Positions 24,731-40,580 of a stretch of DNA of 64,000 nucleotides are shown here, one piece after another. The notes beneath the pieces are model-generated. The model searched no databases. It saw nothing but the letters and a program-made list of their open reading frames with translations, and was not told where the DNA came from. The translations under genes were made by a program, and so were the position numbers. The DNA is from Marsupella aquatica (lineage: Eukaryota; Plantae; Marchantiophyta), in the NCBI GenBank assembly GCA_973895155.1, contig OZ316891.1, forward strand, positions 12,460,771 to 12,524,770, read 5' to 3'. Position 1 is the stretch's first letter, and each line of letters opens with the position of its first letter.

Positions 24731-26079
24731 TCACCTGGAATAGACTTGTGTAGAAGAGGGGCTCCACAGTTTTATGGACAGTACGCAATTCACCACTTGG
24801 CAAAAATGCGGGGAATGGAGCCCTGTTATATGGGCAGGTTTGGTACAAGAGTCTTGGAGGGTGGACTGCACTTGGTCGACCAGAATCGATACTCTAGTCC
24901 AACACGATCATATAACCCGCACTTGGTTAACCAAAATCAACGCATCTACTACAACACAATCACAAAAACAACTACAGTAGAAACCCAATGCATGGATGTA
25001 TCTTCGCAGCATTATACTCGTACATAATTGGTACTAAGTGCAGAAATGTGATGATCCAAATCGGTGGGCTGGAAAATTATACGGGCAATAAAGAGGCAAG
25101 GACAGTGTCGGGAAAGGGGAAGGAATTAATTCCATACTTCTACAGGCCGTTAACTCGTGTCTTGGCTAAGTATCACTGACAATACTGGCAAAAGTACACT
25201 GAGTTTTGGTTGGATATATTTTTAATGCCATCTAATTTGTAGCAAACAATTCAGTCGCCTATCAACACAAGAAGAAAGCCAACCCCAAGGAAAGGCATTC
25301 ATCAACCTATTTTACAGCTTTCTGGTTGTTGTTGTCCACGTCGAATAGCTATAGATTGCATGTGGATTTCTTAAGTCAATACTAGGTTCACTATCTTTGC
25401 TTCCCAGACTCTTAAATTTAACTGAATGAGGTGGGTGCTCCAAGTGGGAAGGTTAAGCCCCAGTATTGCTGCCTTCCCCAGAAAACAAGGCATGGACGAA
25501 CATAAGGTGGCCTAAGAGAAAATCTGTTTTTCTTTTCCAAAGATAAAACCCTAAGTAATAGAATGCCCAGGCCCTGCGTTGGAAGGTAGGGCCTTGTGTT
25601 TTTCTATACAGTGTGTTAGTTGTATCTTGGCCTTCAATCGAACAAGACAAGTCAGACCTTGAGTCAATTTGAAAGTTAGCCCTAATACCTCAACACAAGG
25701 CCCTATCTCATCCCTGCCAAGAGTTACTGTTTGAAACCTGAGTAAAAGGCCCAGGGCATCCTCTTTGAATACAATACAGAACTAGCACCGCATACAGTAC
25801 TACAAAGCATTTGTACCATTTCAACGGTAAACAAATGATATTTTGGTCAAAACTTTAGTTGCCTGTTAGAGTAGACGTGGGCATGTTGTTTGTAAGCTGC
25901 ATCCTCGAACAACATGGTACCATTTATAGGTATCGTTGGGGAAGTCGGAAGACAAGTAAAGAAGCTTAGTGCAGAATGATAAACTCTGATTCTACAGACC
26001 GAATTTGAAGGACATACATGCACCTTCTTGAGACTTGAGAGTTCCCTGTTGCACAGGTGAAATCCAGGAAGTTGTGACC

Positions 26080-28196
<2,117 letters not shown>

Positions 28197-29017
28197 ATTG
28201 TCAGTAGCAAGTTGCATTGCAAAGCTAACTAAGATGGAGGACAGTGTGATGGGGTAGTCAATGCACCCCACAGGAAAAGATTGTCACTAGGAACTCATTG
28301 AAGCATTTTGTTTGAATGGATGTTTTCCTTGACTGTCCTACAACGGATTACAAATCGACTTGAGGCACTTGGCCAGATGATGTTCCTTTGAACTCACCTT
28401 TTGAGCCCCAAGTATTCTAACTATGTACTTTGAGGGGTTTGGGTTTATGGACAATGGAGGTACTAATCTTTACATCTCAAGCACCAAGATACACCAACAG
28501 TAAGGGTTCTTGACTCCTAGGGCTTGCAGAGGCTCCCAACTCCTGCCCCCGACACCGTGCATGCCAGATGTATCCCCTTGCATTAGCAGTTTTGTCCCCT
28601 CCCATGTGTGCTATTGATGGGGCCTTGTCTCCTTTTATGGGGGAAAAAGGGAATGAGGGAGGGCACCTCTTCTGCCAAGGTTACAATGCTCTGGCTTGGG
28701 GATAATTCATAGTACAAACATGTATATTTGGCTATATGCAAGTATTGAGTTGGGGACGTACACCTTCAGGTTATATGGTCCTATTAATTTGCTACAACAG
28801 TTGAATGGTCTTTGGATTTTGCATTGTGTGCTCCATATTGGTACGTATACTAGATAAAATGTTATTCTCCAGAGACTGGAAATATTCTAGTTAGTACACC
28901 TACAAATAGAATGTACAGCACTTTCTGGAAACGAGGATAGTTTTAGTAACAGGTTTTATTTATTTGGGGGTCTATTAGAGGTTATTACAGCCAAGGAAAG
29001 ACAATCTCAAGACGAGA

Positions 29018-29097
29018 TCATGGACTCAGTGGTCATTACTATCATGGACTCAGTGGTCACTACAATCATGGACTCAGTGATCACTCAGTGGTCACTA
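29018..29097. repeat. Minisatellite, about 23-bp unit (atcatggactcagtggtca(c/t)tac), about 3.5 copies
   Basis: Visible directly in the sequence. Confidence 0.85.
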
Positions 29098-30450
29098 CAT
29101 GGAGCCCCCTCCATTGTGTACAACATTTTGAAGGCTAAGCCACACTATGTAAAAAAATGATTTTTTGTCCCTATTAATTTGGAATATTCTCATATTTGGT
29201 GGCCCTATCTTTTCTTGTCAGAGAAATTTTAAGACCCTGATGCTCCTTTACAAAAAATCTAAAGTCTTTCCTTAATTAGAACCAATAATTTGACCCTATG
29301 TTTTGTACTTGCGTGATGCCATTTTGGTAAAAGTTAGACCCCCAAAATGGGCTTCTCATACTAGAGGGTGGAGATACATGCTTGATGGACCCTCTGCCAG
29401 TAGAAACTGACCTAATGGACCTGCACAGGACTTTTTTGCAAATTGGGCCCCCACTTAATGAGTCATAGAAGATGTTCTTGTAGGGGGTCTTATAAAGTGA
29501 GATTTTGGATAGTAGAACCAAGTTGCGCAAACCATGACTACAGGCTTTTGAACCACAAACTCTGCTTGGATGAACCATGACTATAGGGGTTTCAACCACA
29601 AACTGTGCCCAGTCAAACCGCAGGGATTGAATGGGGCGGGTCATTGTCATTGTTTTGGGGATGCCATGGGCCATTCTTTATCGCACCGTCCAAACTGCAA
29701 GGTTAGCGGGAAGATTAGGTAATAGGGGAGTGAAGATATTCATGTGAATGCCTTTCGGTTCGTAAACCTCAACTGCAATATGCCATTTACCCCCTCACCG
29801 AATGGCAGATGTAAGCAAAATGCACAAGGGCCAAAGGAAAATGTTAAGTGTCAGCTGAGAACAATGTCCAGAAAAAGACCAGTCTTGGTCATTCCCCTGC
29901 CCAAAAGGAAACAAGTGAGCGACATCCCACTAGCCAGAAAAAAACTAGTAAGATTGGCCATTCCCTTGCACAGAACATGCGGCGGCAGAAGACAATGTCC
30001 ATGTTGTCTCAAAACACCAGTGTTGGCCATTTACCCCTGCACAGAACTGTGCAGCAAGGCGGCAAGTCAGGGTATGGAAACTATACAGTTTTTGTTTAGA
30101 AAAACTCACGAATCAGTAAGAGGGGGCCATATATATTGCAGAAAAAGATTTATGGGGGTCCATCAAACATATACCTATGGGGTAATGAGTTCAAACTTTA
30201 GAAAGCAATCCAGAACAAATTTTCTTGTAAACAGGGATTGATCATTTTAGTATTGTTTATAAATATTACATTCACATGTCATACAATATTCTAATTTGCT
30301 AATAATGAAGCCCACATGTGTTATTAATTTCACATGCTACAGGCACTCAGTCTCATGCTCATAAATGACAATAGGTTTGGAGAATTCTGAATTGATTGCC
30401 AACATCTTGTCGAATCTGAATTGTCAGCAGTCATGGACATTCTCCAAATC

Positions 30451-31688
30451 ATTCAGGGAGACGAGTCCCTGCATTGTCATTCAATGCACCTCGATTCTCC
30501 TCCACAGCCCACCGGAATGCTCTCTCCATTTTGTGTCTCACTTCAGTTTCAGGCCAGCCCCATTTTTGGGTCCAAGTTCAGTTTTGAGGAGGGCACATAT
30601 TTTTGAGGAGTTCTAATGCTTGACGCTAATAACTTATTCAAAAATAATGTACATTTATAATATCAAGTTTTAAAATATCAATATATTTTTTAATATAAAA
30701 TAATTATAAAAGATTAAATGGTAATGAGCATGGAGAATTTATGCACAGAGGTAATGTGTGACCTAGGGTATTGGAGCTCAGTTGAGACTATGAAGTGGCG
30801 TGTTCAAGGCACACAAAGGGCAACTTTTCTTTTCTTTGATTGAGGGCATGGAAAGGAATGAACCCTAGAGGGGCGGGCGGGTGTCTAATTGTATTTGAAT
30901 ATGGAAATGGTAAATGAGATATATATGGGGGGTTCAAGTAATTTGGAGATAGAAAAAATAACAAAGGAGACACCCATCAGAGCCAGGGATAAAAATTAAA
31001 ATAATGTCCAAAACAATTGGACTTGGGGATATGGAACAAGGGGCGCCATATATAGCAGCAGCAGAACATTTGAGGAGACATGATCACATAAACCATTTAT
31101 CACTTAATCACATATCTTTTCTACATACAAGGTTGGAAATAGTCTAAGTTGGCTACCCTGGGAAACAACAGAGTCTACCAAAGGTGCTGTGCTTGACACG
31201 TTTGTCAAGACACTCAAAGAACTAGGAACCATGCTTGTACCAATTCCTTGCAAACTTTCAAAACCCTGTCAGTTGGAGCACACTTCCCAATCCTGGCCTT
31301 GTCTTCTCTACGACATACTTTTGGACTCGCTTCATAGGGGCCTTCTGCTGGGTTGGTTTTTATGCTCTTTTCATAGGGCTTTTTTTTGTCTTACTGGTTT
31401 CTCAGCTTGTTGCACAATTAAGGCCTTTCTTCTCCTGTCTCTGCTCAACACCACCTCTAATATTGTTTGCCTTTTGACCAGTTACTAACCTCTTTTGTTG
31501 GCTTCTTGTACTCACCTCTTTTGTTGGATTCTTCCTAAAACTGAAAGCAGCTACCCCACCAGGAACATGATTGGCACCTCACAACAATGGGCAGGTACAA
31601 GAAACTAATAAAAGAGGTTGGTTTATCTCCCTGGCTCTGATGGGTGTCTCCTTGGTTAATTTTTCTATCTCCAAATTACTTGAACCCC

Positions 31689-31728
<40 letters not shown>

Positions 31729-32202
31729 TTTCTGATTTCCATATTCAAATACAATTAGACACCCCCCCCCCCCTCTAAGGTTCATTCCTTTCCATGCCCT
31801 CAATCAAAGAAAAGAAAAGTTGCCAGTCGTGTGCCTTGAACACGCCACGTCGTAGTCTCAACTGAGCTCCAATACCCTAGGTCACACATTACTTCTGTGC
31901 GTCAATTCTCCATGCTCATTAACATTTAATCATTTATAATTATTTTAAAATTGATATTAAAAATATATTGATATTTTTAAAATTGATATTATAGAACTTG
32001 TACATTATTTTTGAATAAGTTGTAAGGGTCAAGCATTAGAACCCCTCAAAAATCTGTGCCCTCCTCCAAACTGAACCCGGACACAAAAATGGGGCTGGCC
32101 TGAAACTGAAGTGAGACACAAAAATGAAAAGAGCATTCCGGTGGGCTGTGGGGGAGAATCGAGGCGCATTGAATGACAATGCAGGGACTCGTCTCCCTGA
32201 AT
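30451..32202. mobile_element. Non-autonomous long-TIR (foldback/MULE- or hAT-like) DNA transposon, 1752 bp
   Basis: Inverted arms of about 550 bp (30451-~30993 versus ~31624-32202), termini ATTCAGGGAGACGAG / CTCGTCTCCCTGAAT, exact 8-bp TSD TCCAAATC at 30443-30450 and 32203-32210. Confidence 0.92.
31691..31726. repeat. (AT)n microsatellite in the right TIR
   Basis: About 18 AT units; the matching left-arm position has only about 4. Confidence 0.9.
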
Positions 32203-33169
32203 TCCAAATCCCAAAATCTTGTGAGTGTACCTTTGACCTTTGGCAGTCCTCCATTTAAGTAAAACTTGTCAACTCTCAATAGCACTTATCCACATCCCTA
32301 ATGCAATCCTGAAAAGAAAATCTAAGCCCCAGTTGTCCTAATCTCCAGTCCTCATTTGGCAAACATTTAAACAGGTTTGATCTTTTGTTACATTTTTTAT
32401 TCTAATAAGTAAAGCTCAACCACAGTTTTTGAGCCACACATTTTTGGGTTTGGACTGTGGACTAGAGATAACAGAATTTTGGGGAAATTGGAGACTTAAT
32501 AGGTGCGACAATGACTTCATCTTCACATGATGGTGAGGTTGAGCAAAAAATTTAAACAGCCAACAGTAAAATCGATTCCAGCTTTTTTAGATTTGAATCT
32601 GTGGACTTAGAAAAGGCAACGTTTGAGACTTTGGAATTGGGTAATCAAACCAATAGCATACCTTCTTGTGAATTGGTAAAGTTTTCGGGTCCTAACTTCC
32701 TTGCCAATCACATATAGGTACCTCCTGCAGATCCAACATTTGTTATTATACTAGCCTTGATATCGTTACTAGTCTTCAGCTCTCAAGAGACTCGCTTTCA
32801 GAAATTTGAAAAAAGCAAGTAAGCAGTAAATAGAGGCTGAGCCATTCTGGTTTATGTTTCCTGTGGATTGATGTTGTGCCCGCTGGGCCTTTGTTCTCGG
32901 CTCCTTTTGTGGGCTTGATGTTCTGATGGGCTCTTGCTGACAAAATAAAACTTTTTTGATATAGACTTCGATTGTAAGCAATCAGCGGTCAGAGGTTTTG
33001 AGAATGAAGAAAAATGACCACAAAGTTTGCATCCTCAACAGTGAGAAGACTTCTTGAAACTATCTCTTCTTCAATGATGTATTTACATGCAGAAAGCCTG
33101 CAGGTTCAGTTCTTAGTGTACATAATGTCCCATTCTAATCTTTCAATCGAGGTATAAATTGTAAGAAAG

Positions 33170-36100
33170 TTAGGAGTAATTTTCATCATCCAGTTCTAGA
33201 CCTTCAGCTGCAAGAAGTTGCTGCACGAGTTTCTTCTTTGCCTCCTCAGCATCTTTCCTCCGTGCGAGTTCACGCTTCTTGAGTACCAGTGTGTGGCGGT
33301 TCAAGGTGGTTTCGAAGGTCTTAGTCATTGCTATTTTCTCCTTTGCAAGTATGCGTCGTTCTTCTTCTGGATCCATCTGCATTGCAAGCCGGAGGGTGCA
33401 GGACGTAGTGAATATCTAGTGTAACAAAATGAAGTAAATCGATATAACGACATCCCATCAGGTAATGAATGTACCAAAAAAAACAGTATAACAAGGATTT
33501 TTCACATGCAAGCAGCAATAAGAGGCAACTGCTAGATCTACGTTAATCTAGATTACACAATGACGTCCATCAGCATAAAGCACATTACAGGGCACTCCTA
33601 CCTACGAACGGGAAACTTGCTTTTATATCGGTTTACATGACATTTGTCTAATACTGGGGATCATACAAAGTTTGGTCATTCCACTAACATCACGAGAGAA
33701 ATTCCTAAGGATTACCGACAAATCATCATGGGACAAGCCTGGACACATAGTTATCAATGGTCCTCACATGGAAGATAAGGGGAGAAGCAGATCAGAGTTG
33801 TTGAAGTGCGCCATTGAAACGAAATGATGATCATCAAAGAAGAAATAACCTTATGTTTAGCAAGACGCCGTGCCTTGAGACTCATTTCACGCTGCTGCTG
33901 CTCTGCCCAGACACTTGCAGCCATATCTCCACGTTGCTCAAAGGCCTTCTTCTTCTTCAGCACCCAGTCCATCCATGCTTTTGAAGCCTGAACGAATCCA
34001 AAGACCACATCAGTGGTGGCTCTAGGTCAAAAATCAGCTTACTTTCTCTGTGATGCCAACCAAACTTCTCATAGGCCGAACACTAAGACATAACAAGATC
34101 AAGATTGCCTTCCTTGCCCTTTCACCAAAATATCTTATGAACTTGAGGAAATTGTACACAATGAAAATCAAGTGTAGTTAACGACCTGCAATGGGTTGAT
34201 ACGATGATCCATGTCATACTGCCGTCGCTGATCCTTGTCCATGAGCAACTCATATGCGGCTTGGATTTTAATGAATTTAGCTTCTGGAGACTCCCCATCT
34301 TTTAGCCCTCCAGTATTATTATTATAAACTGTAACGACCAACGTTACTATCATCAACTCTCGTAAACGTTCCAGAAGGAGATAAAACTTCAGAGTCGAAT
34401 CTTTTGTAATTAAAAGTTCCAGAGCAAAGACGCGAAGACACGGATGGAAACGGCATGCACTTCTTCTCAGACGCGCTTTGAATCCGAGGCCTCGTGGAAA
34501 AAACAGGCATCCATAGAGGAGCTGATCCTACTGGAAGTTGAAGGCGGGCACATCTTCAAGACCTCTGACAAACTCAGCAGCCACTGCAAAATTGGAAGGA
34601 AAGCACACCCGCCAAACCCCAATTTCAACAGCAGAAGGAACTCAGTGAGGCAGAAACCCACCGTTTGTACACCTCAACTTTGAACCCCGAAAAGAACAAG
34701 CACATCAGGATTGTTTGGCAACCAGTCTCCCTTTTGGTAGTTATCCTTGGTCCTACCAGTGGGAAACCTGTTCTATGAGATCACTTGTAGAGAGCCATGG
34801 CTTGCCAGTAAACGAGTAGAGTTCATCGCAGAATGAAGTCAATGACTGGCAAGGCATATATGACAACGTTGATTGTCCAACAATAAATGCGAGTTGTGCC
34901 TGACAGGTAGAGATCGATGCCCTACAATACGGCAAACACTTGCAATACCATTCCTGACGAGACTAATAGTTATCATACTTTCAAGAGATATAGGCTAGAT
35001 ATGAGTTCGGGTTAGAACTGAATTAGGATAAGCAAATTAAATCACAGATTTAGGTCTGCTATCCCTCTAGGAGATTCAAGGGACCCAGAGCACTTACGTA
35101 CTAATAACAAGAGTACATGTATGCTCAGCCATTTTGCACGTGATTCCTCACAGCATTTTTCGTGCTACAGTGGTGTTTCAACAGTTTTGGTCAAGCTACG
35201 TGAGTGACTTTAGTGAGGAGATGGAGAGTGGCGCGTGCTATGGAAGTTGAAAGGAACTCGAGCGTTCGGTCGTTTCTCTCCTCAGAGATAACCGATTGGG
35301 GAAAGTTTCCAGCCTGTAGTCGTCTATGCTATTCTGATCTTGGGGTACTTTGAATGTGTATTTTAACCATCTATTGTGTCCTTTGACCATCAGGATACAC
35401 GATCAAGGCGAGAAAAGTGAGGACCCACAACTTCAGGAAAACCTGCAAGTGGAGGACCAGAGAATCCAACTGCTGTGCTAACTCCAGGTCACTTAATTGT
35501 CTCGATCAGAGAAACACAACAGAAGAGTGTCCAGAAGCAAAGTCCGACTAGCGAGATTCCCTTCAGTCCACGAGATGAGAGACCAAATTGGATTCTCTGG
35601 CTTCAGCAGACCCTTCACTTCTCTCATCTCTTGGAGTGAATGGTCTGCTTTTAATCTCAACCGCCAGAAGGATGAAGCTCTGATCCTTTCCAACACTTTC
35701 ATCGACAAACCCACGAATTTGGACTCAATAGTCTTACCATCAGGATGATACTGCTTCGCTAATCGCCGATATGATGACTTGATTTCATCTTCCTCTGCAT
35801 CCCTCTCAACGTCTGTCAATATGCAACAGAAGAATATTGTTAGGACTGCACTCCAGGAAGTTGATTCCTAAACCTGGAAAGGCACTCACTTAGATCTGTG
35901 AGGAGAATTAGTCTTTTCTTGTCAGAGTAGCATAAAACTACTACAGAATCAAGTAGTCGAACAGATATTACGCCAGCATCATCCTATTGGACTCTGAACA
36001 TGAATTTCGTCTATGCCCATTTGTTTCAGATAAATTCCACTCAGTTTTCCTAGTGTGACGTTTAGGTAACCTCTATCTGAGTACTCGATATATATCATAA

Positions 36101-37026
36101 GCCATCATCGAAATGGCATCGACGAGCCGAACGCCATTTATACTTAGTAACCGCCTATTCAACCCAGGAGGGCAGCCCTCTGCATCCCTCCCCGCTGTAA
36201 CGTCTGACCCTTTCAAAAGTCCGCAGTCTGACATCAAATTTCAACCCATAATAATTGAATCAGACCTACTTCAACATTGCCAACCTGCCCCAGCAAAGAT
36301 TTCCATTTTTTAAACTCTCGCAATTGAAACAAGAAAACAATGGAAGGACTCGTCACACTGCTAATCCAAAAATGGAATGAGCAAAGCTCAGCCAATTGTG
36401 GATCATAAATTTAAGACATTGGTTAAGGGGTTCAGCTCAGTAGATATGGAAAACTGTTGATAAAGATAAAGTAGGCTTAAGATGTGGTGAACTGAAACAT
36501 GCCAATTGGGGTCAAATACCATGTCAAATACGTGTATCTTGAGTACTTCAGGTGCTGCGCAATCATGAATCCAAGGAAACGAAGGAAGGACTCGTTACAC
36601 TAATCATCACTGAAAGGATATAAGTGAAGCTGATCCAATTTGTGGGTCATAGATTTAAGCCACGAAAAGACCTGAAAGCTTCTCACTCACTCACTCACTC
36701 ACTCACTCACCCAGCGTTTCGTACGGCGAGTGATCATCATTCCACTCTGGGGCCGCCGCGGCCCTCGAAGAGAAATTGAATTTTGAGGTGGCCGTCCTCC
36801 GTCCCCCTTTCACAAGTCTCCACTGGCTCAGCCTCAGCTCCAGCAAATTCGTCGTGGCGAGAAACAAACGGGCATTTGCCAGTGACGATCCTGAACTGCC
36901 ACAATTCCCAGTAGAGATGCTCTCCCTGTGCAGCTGTCGGCCCAGCACTCGAACGGTGAAATTGCTCGGACGTCGTGAAGCCACTATGATGCCGGAACGG
37001 TGCGTGAGCACCCTCAGCACAGCCAT
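33170..37026 (-). CDS. DJC73: Chloroplast-type DnaJ-domain protein (DJC73-like); exons 37026-36711, 35812-35738, 34328-34186, 33987-33850, 33376-33170
   Basis: Ser/Arg-rich transit peptide; SPYETL|DVERDAEEDEIKSSYRRLAKQYHPD|VY..FIKIQAAYELL with an intact HPD; C-terminal ASKAWMDW..KAFEQRGDMA..WAEQQQ and DPEEERRIL..QLLAAEGLELD. All junctions are GT-AG and in phase. The symbol rests on recalled similarity to the Arabidopsis protein. Confidence 0.88.
36682..36710 (-). repeat. (GTGA)n microsatellite at the intron-1 donor of the J-protein gene
   Basis: Plus strand (ctca)x7 directly abuts the exon end at 36711. Confidence 0.9.
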
Positions 37027-38146
37027 GGAATTGAATTCCGTCAACCTCCTCTATGCTAAGCACTCTTCAACCCACAACACTTAGAGCCTTCCTCCTCGTC
37101 TTCAGACTCAAATTGCTCGATTCCACCCGACTCCTGCCCTCCGCTTCATCAAAATCGAGCAACCATTGCAGTCAGTGGACTGGGGAATGGAATTTCCAAT
37201 TGGAGATGGTTGAAGATGGTGGGAGTGTCACCAAGTCATGTCCTCCAAGCAAGCATGGAAGGAAGGAAGAGGAAGGTGACTACAAACCGAGAATGGGCGA
37301 TCGACAGTGGTGTAAATGATACCGATCATTCTGTTGTTTTCCTCCCTCCCCCACAATTCCCAGTGAGGGTGCCTTCTTCCTCCCTCTTGAATATTAATGA
37401 ATTTTAAAGGTAGCTTTCCATTCACCCCCTCTTCCACCCCCTACACTAGTTCTTGTAGTGGGAGGGGCTGTACCAAAAAAAAATGATATCCATCACACTG
37501 TAAGCGCCGCTGTACTTACTTGACTAGGGACATGCGTGCCGTAGTTGCAACTTGCTGGTTAGCAGTCTTTGATCGCAAAAAGTTATTTTAACTTGCTTCC
37601 AGACTTTTGCAGGTGGTCAGTCTAATTCTCCCGGGCCAGACAGATTTCTTGATCTACTAACTTTTTCCAGCATTTTGCCAGCATCTAGCAAAAACCATGT
37701 GTTTGCGGTCTATTTCAACAGAGAACATGTTTTGGGGGGCATTTGAGCTCACAAAAGGTTTTCAAGCTGTTGTGTCTGGAATATAATAATTTCCTCCCCC
37801 TTTCCCAAAGCTCGTATTTTTCCAGCCCACCATGTTTGCAATGTCACTCAGTTTTTTCTCGAGTTTTCAACGCCAGAACTTTGAAAAACTAATTATGCAA
37901 AACTAAATACAAGTAAGGCAGCCAGCCTTAGTGTAGATTCAGGTCAAAAATTATGCAAACCTAATTACAACTATGGCAGCTGGCCTGTAGATTCAGAACA
38001 AAAGCCAACTTTTCAGGTTCACTAGTCTCTCATTCTTAGTTGTGGCCTGCTGCTTGTGCCTGCTGCCCAATGTTTCTGATTTCTCACACTTTTGCTGAGT
38101 AGGGTGTGAATGATTCCTACTTTGGGTGGATGAGTGAGAAAAGTAG

Positions 38147-38220
38147 GCAGCACCAGCAGGATTCAAACCTGCAACCTGTCCCATCCGAATGAGCTACTCT
38201 ACCACTCAGCCTGGGGCAGC
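38147..38220 (-). mobile_element. tRNA-derived SINE head or tRNA pseudogene
   Basis: Minus strand has A-box-like GGCTGAGTGG, B-box GGTTTGAATCC and a perfect T-stem GCAGG/CCTGC. Acceptor and anticodon arms are degenerate. Confidence 0.6.
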
Positions 38221-38306
38221 TCATGACCAGACTAATATGCACCTAGTATTTACCGTACTTGATACCTACATCAGGCAAAGCAGGCAGCTAGGTACGGACT
38301 AATCAA

Positions 38307-38655
38307 TGTTAGGATTTACTCTTAGGTCTAGAGTCACGACTGTATCACAGTTAGGGCTAACCTTAGTCGCAAACTAGGTTAGGTTAGTCATGTTGTGCAC
38401 ACACTATACCCAAGCGGTGTTTGCTTGGATAGTGGGAACTCAGGCTCATTGTAACGGAGCCAGTTGAGAGATAGGGAGAGCTTGTGTTGTGGATGCTTGG
38501 TATGGCCGGCCGGCTTAGAGTGCAGTAAATTAAAGCTCTTGTGTGTTCCCGTGGACGTAACCTAACGTGGAAGTGAACCATGTATCTCTCTGTGTCGATA
38601 CTTGTCGTTGGATGGTTCATGGGTTTGCCGTTGCAATTGTTGTCTATGCTCAACA
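38307..38655. mobile_element. Solo LTR (349 bp)
   Basis: TGTTAG...TCAACA termini with an exact 5-bp TSD ATCAA at 38302-38306 and 38656-38660. Confidence 0.85.
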
Positions 38656-40580
38656 ATCAATGCTAATCTGCATTGACTAGCCTTGATCTTAGCCTTTGTC
38701 TTAATGCATGTAGTACCCTTGCTTGTTTAAGCATGAATCAAGTCCCATGACTAGCTATTTGAGTGGCCAAGAGAGAGTAACCACTACTGTAGAGTAGTTC
38801 CCATTATGTGCAAAATGTCCACTATTTTTCATTTCAGATATTAGTTTGCATGTGGACCCGTTAAAGGTATAAGATTGGGAGAAGACCTCTGACTATCATG
38901 TAATTAACATTGTGGACTATTATAAGTCTTTTTAGAGTCATTACGTTCTTTGAGGAGTTGACCTGTTAGAACAGATAGTCAGACTAGGATGAGCTGAGTG
39001 TGTAAGTAACCACATGGATTTGATCCATGATCTTATTGGCTTATGATAAGTCATTTGTTTTTCGCGGAATATAGATAACCAAGGAGTATACCTTGGGAGA
39101 CTTGGCTTAGTGGGCTCATTCTCTAAAGTTGTGCCTCACTAAGCGGTACCTACTTGTGATGCACTTGCTCCCGTGCTCCATATTCCTCCATTTAGAGGTT
39201 GAGAGAGCTTGACTTATTGTGTAATAGATTATTTTCCTGATTGGAGTTTGCCAATGGGATTGATCCAGTGATTATGTATGGTGTGTTGTCTTTCATGTAT
39301 GTAATTTCTAGGGTTGGCTAGAAATTTTATAGTTTATGTAGCAAGGCTATGACAACGATGTATGTTGGTTGATGATATATAATTATTACTTACGGACCCC
39401 CTTTAGGAGTCCCTTGCAAATTTCCTGCATGAGGACGTGCCACATCAAGATACATGAGACAAAGACAAATAGGACACAACTATTTTGCGGAAAGAAAACA
39501 GTGCCCAAATCCTGTTTGTGACAAATTTTGTGTAATAACTAGGTTGCCATGTCATAAAACCTGAAAGTAAAAGTAAACCATCAAGAATTTGGTGGAACAT
39601 TTAACAAGAAGATTGGTTAACCCTCTAGTAACATATCTATCTAAAGGTCTAACTTCTACCTTAACTGTGCCGAGCTAAGGTCCCGGCTAAAGTACAAGGG
39701 TGTGATCCTAAAGCATCTCTCCATGTTTCATTGAGTAGATAACACTTCTTTGCCCAATACATACAGGAGTACAACCATAAGGATTTGATGTTGCTACACA
39801 AAGGTGCACTGTTCTCCACAACAATTACTTTGTCCTTTATTTGCCTTTGCACAAATGAGCTCATTAGCAGGGGCCCAAGCTCGCCATAAGGTTCATGTAT
39901 GAGGACCCAAAAATTCCACGTCTACATCATTTGAATCCTGCCTCGAGTTATCTTCTTGGTCAGAACTACCTGCTCAGAACTGGAGGTCTAGTATTCAAAT
40001 TGTAGCTTCTAAGTTGAGGATTTTGTGCAAGAAGATTAATAACCTTTTTGAGGGTAGGGAATTGTGAGGGAGCCTAGGCTCCTGCTAACGATTTAAATGC
40101 AGAGGTGGCTTGTAAGAATTGGGTTCAACTTCCGGGGTGGCCAAAATCAACCATGGATTAGTTTCTACATAGTCATGGGCAGTTTGGGTACAGGACCTTC
40201 AAGAAGGTAATCCATGAGGGCATCCTCTTCGGCATCCTTACTTGTTAATTGTTTAGATGGTCATGAAGGGAATTATTCCAATGCTTGCCCGAGTGCTTAC
40301 TTAGTAAAGAGTACTAAAGAGACTAAAGTGCCCTGGGGTAAAAACTTTTGCTTTTCCAGGGGTGAGGTCACCCCGGTGTCTCTCTCGAATTAGCCAATTT
40401 TGACCCAAAAGCATAGTGAACCACAAACACGTTGCTAGAGAATGACTTGACATGACACACATTTGATGCAAGTAACCAGCCATTCCTTGATGCACCACTC
40501 TAGAGACATTGGGCATATCTCAAACATGATTTTGATCTTTAGAGTAATCATTTTCTTAAAACAGCTTAATTCGCCCAAAG

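Noticed and set aside
29018-29097. CRISPR-like array
   Set aside because: Head-to-tail minisatellite without unique spacers, no cas genes, eukaryotic context.
29276-30241. ORFs of 132 and 165 aa
   Set aside because: Composition is not protein-like and there are no motifs; probably non-coding repeat-derived DNA.
38147-38220. Functional tRNA gene
   Set aside because: Acceptor stem and anticodon loop do not fold canonically, and the T-loop reads TTTGA.
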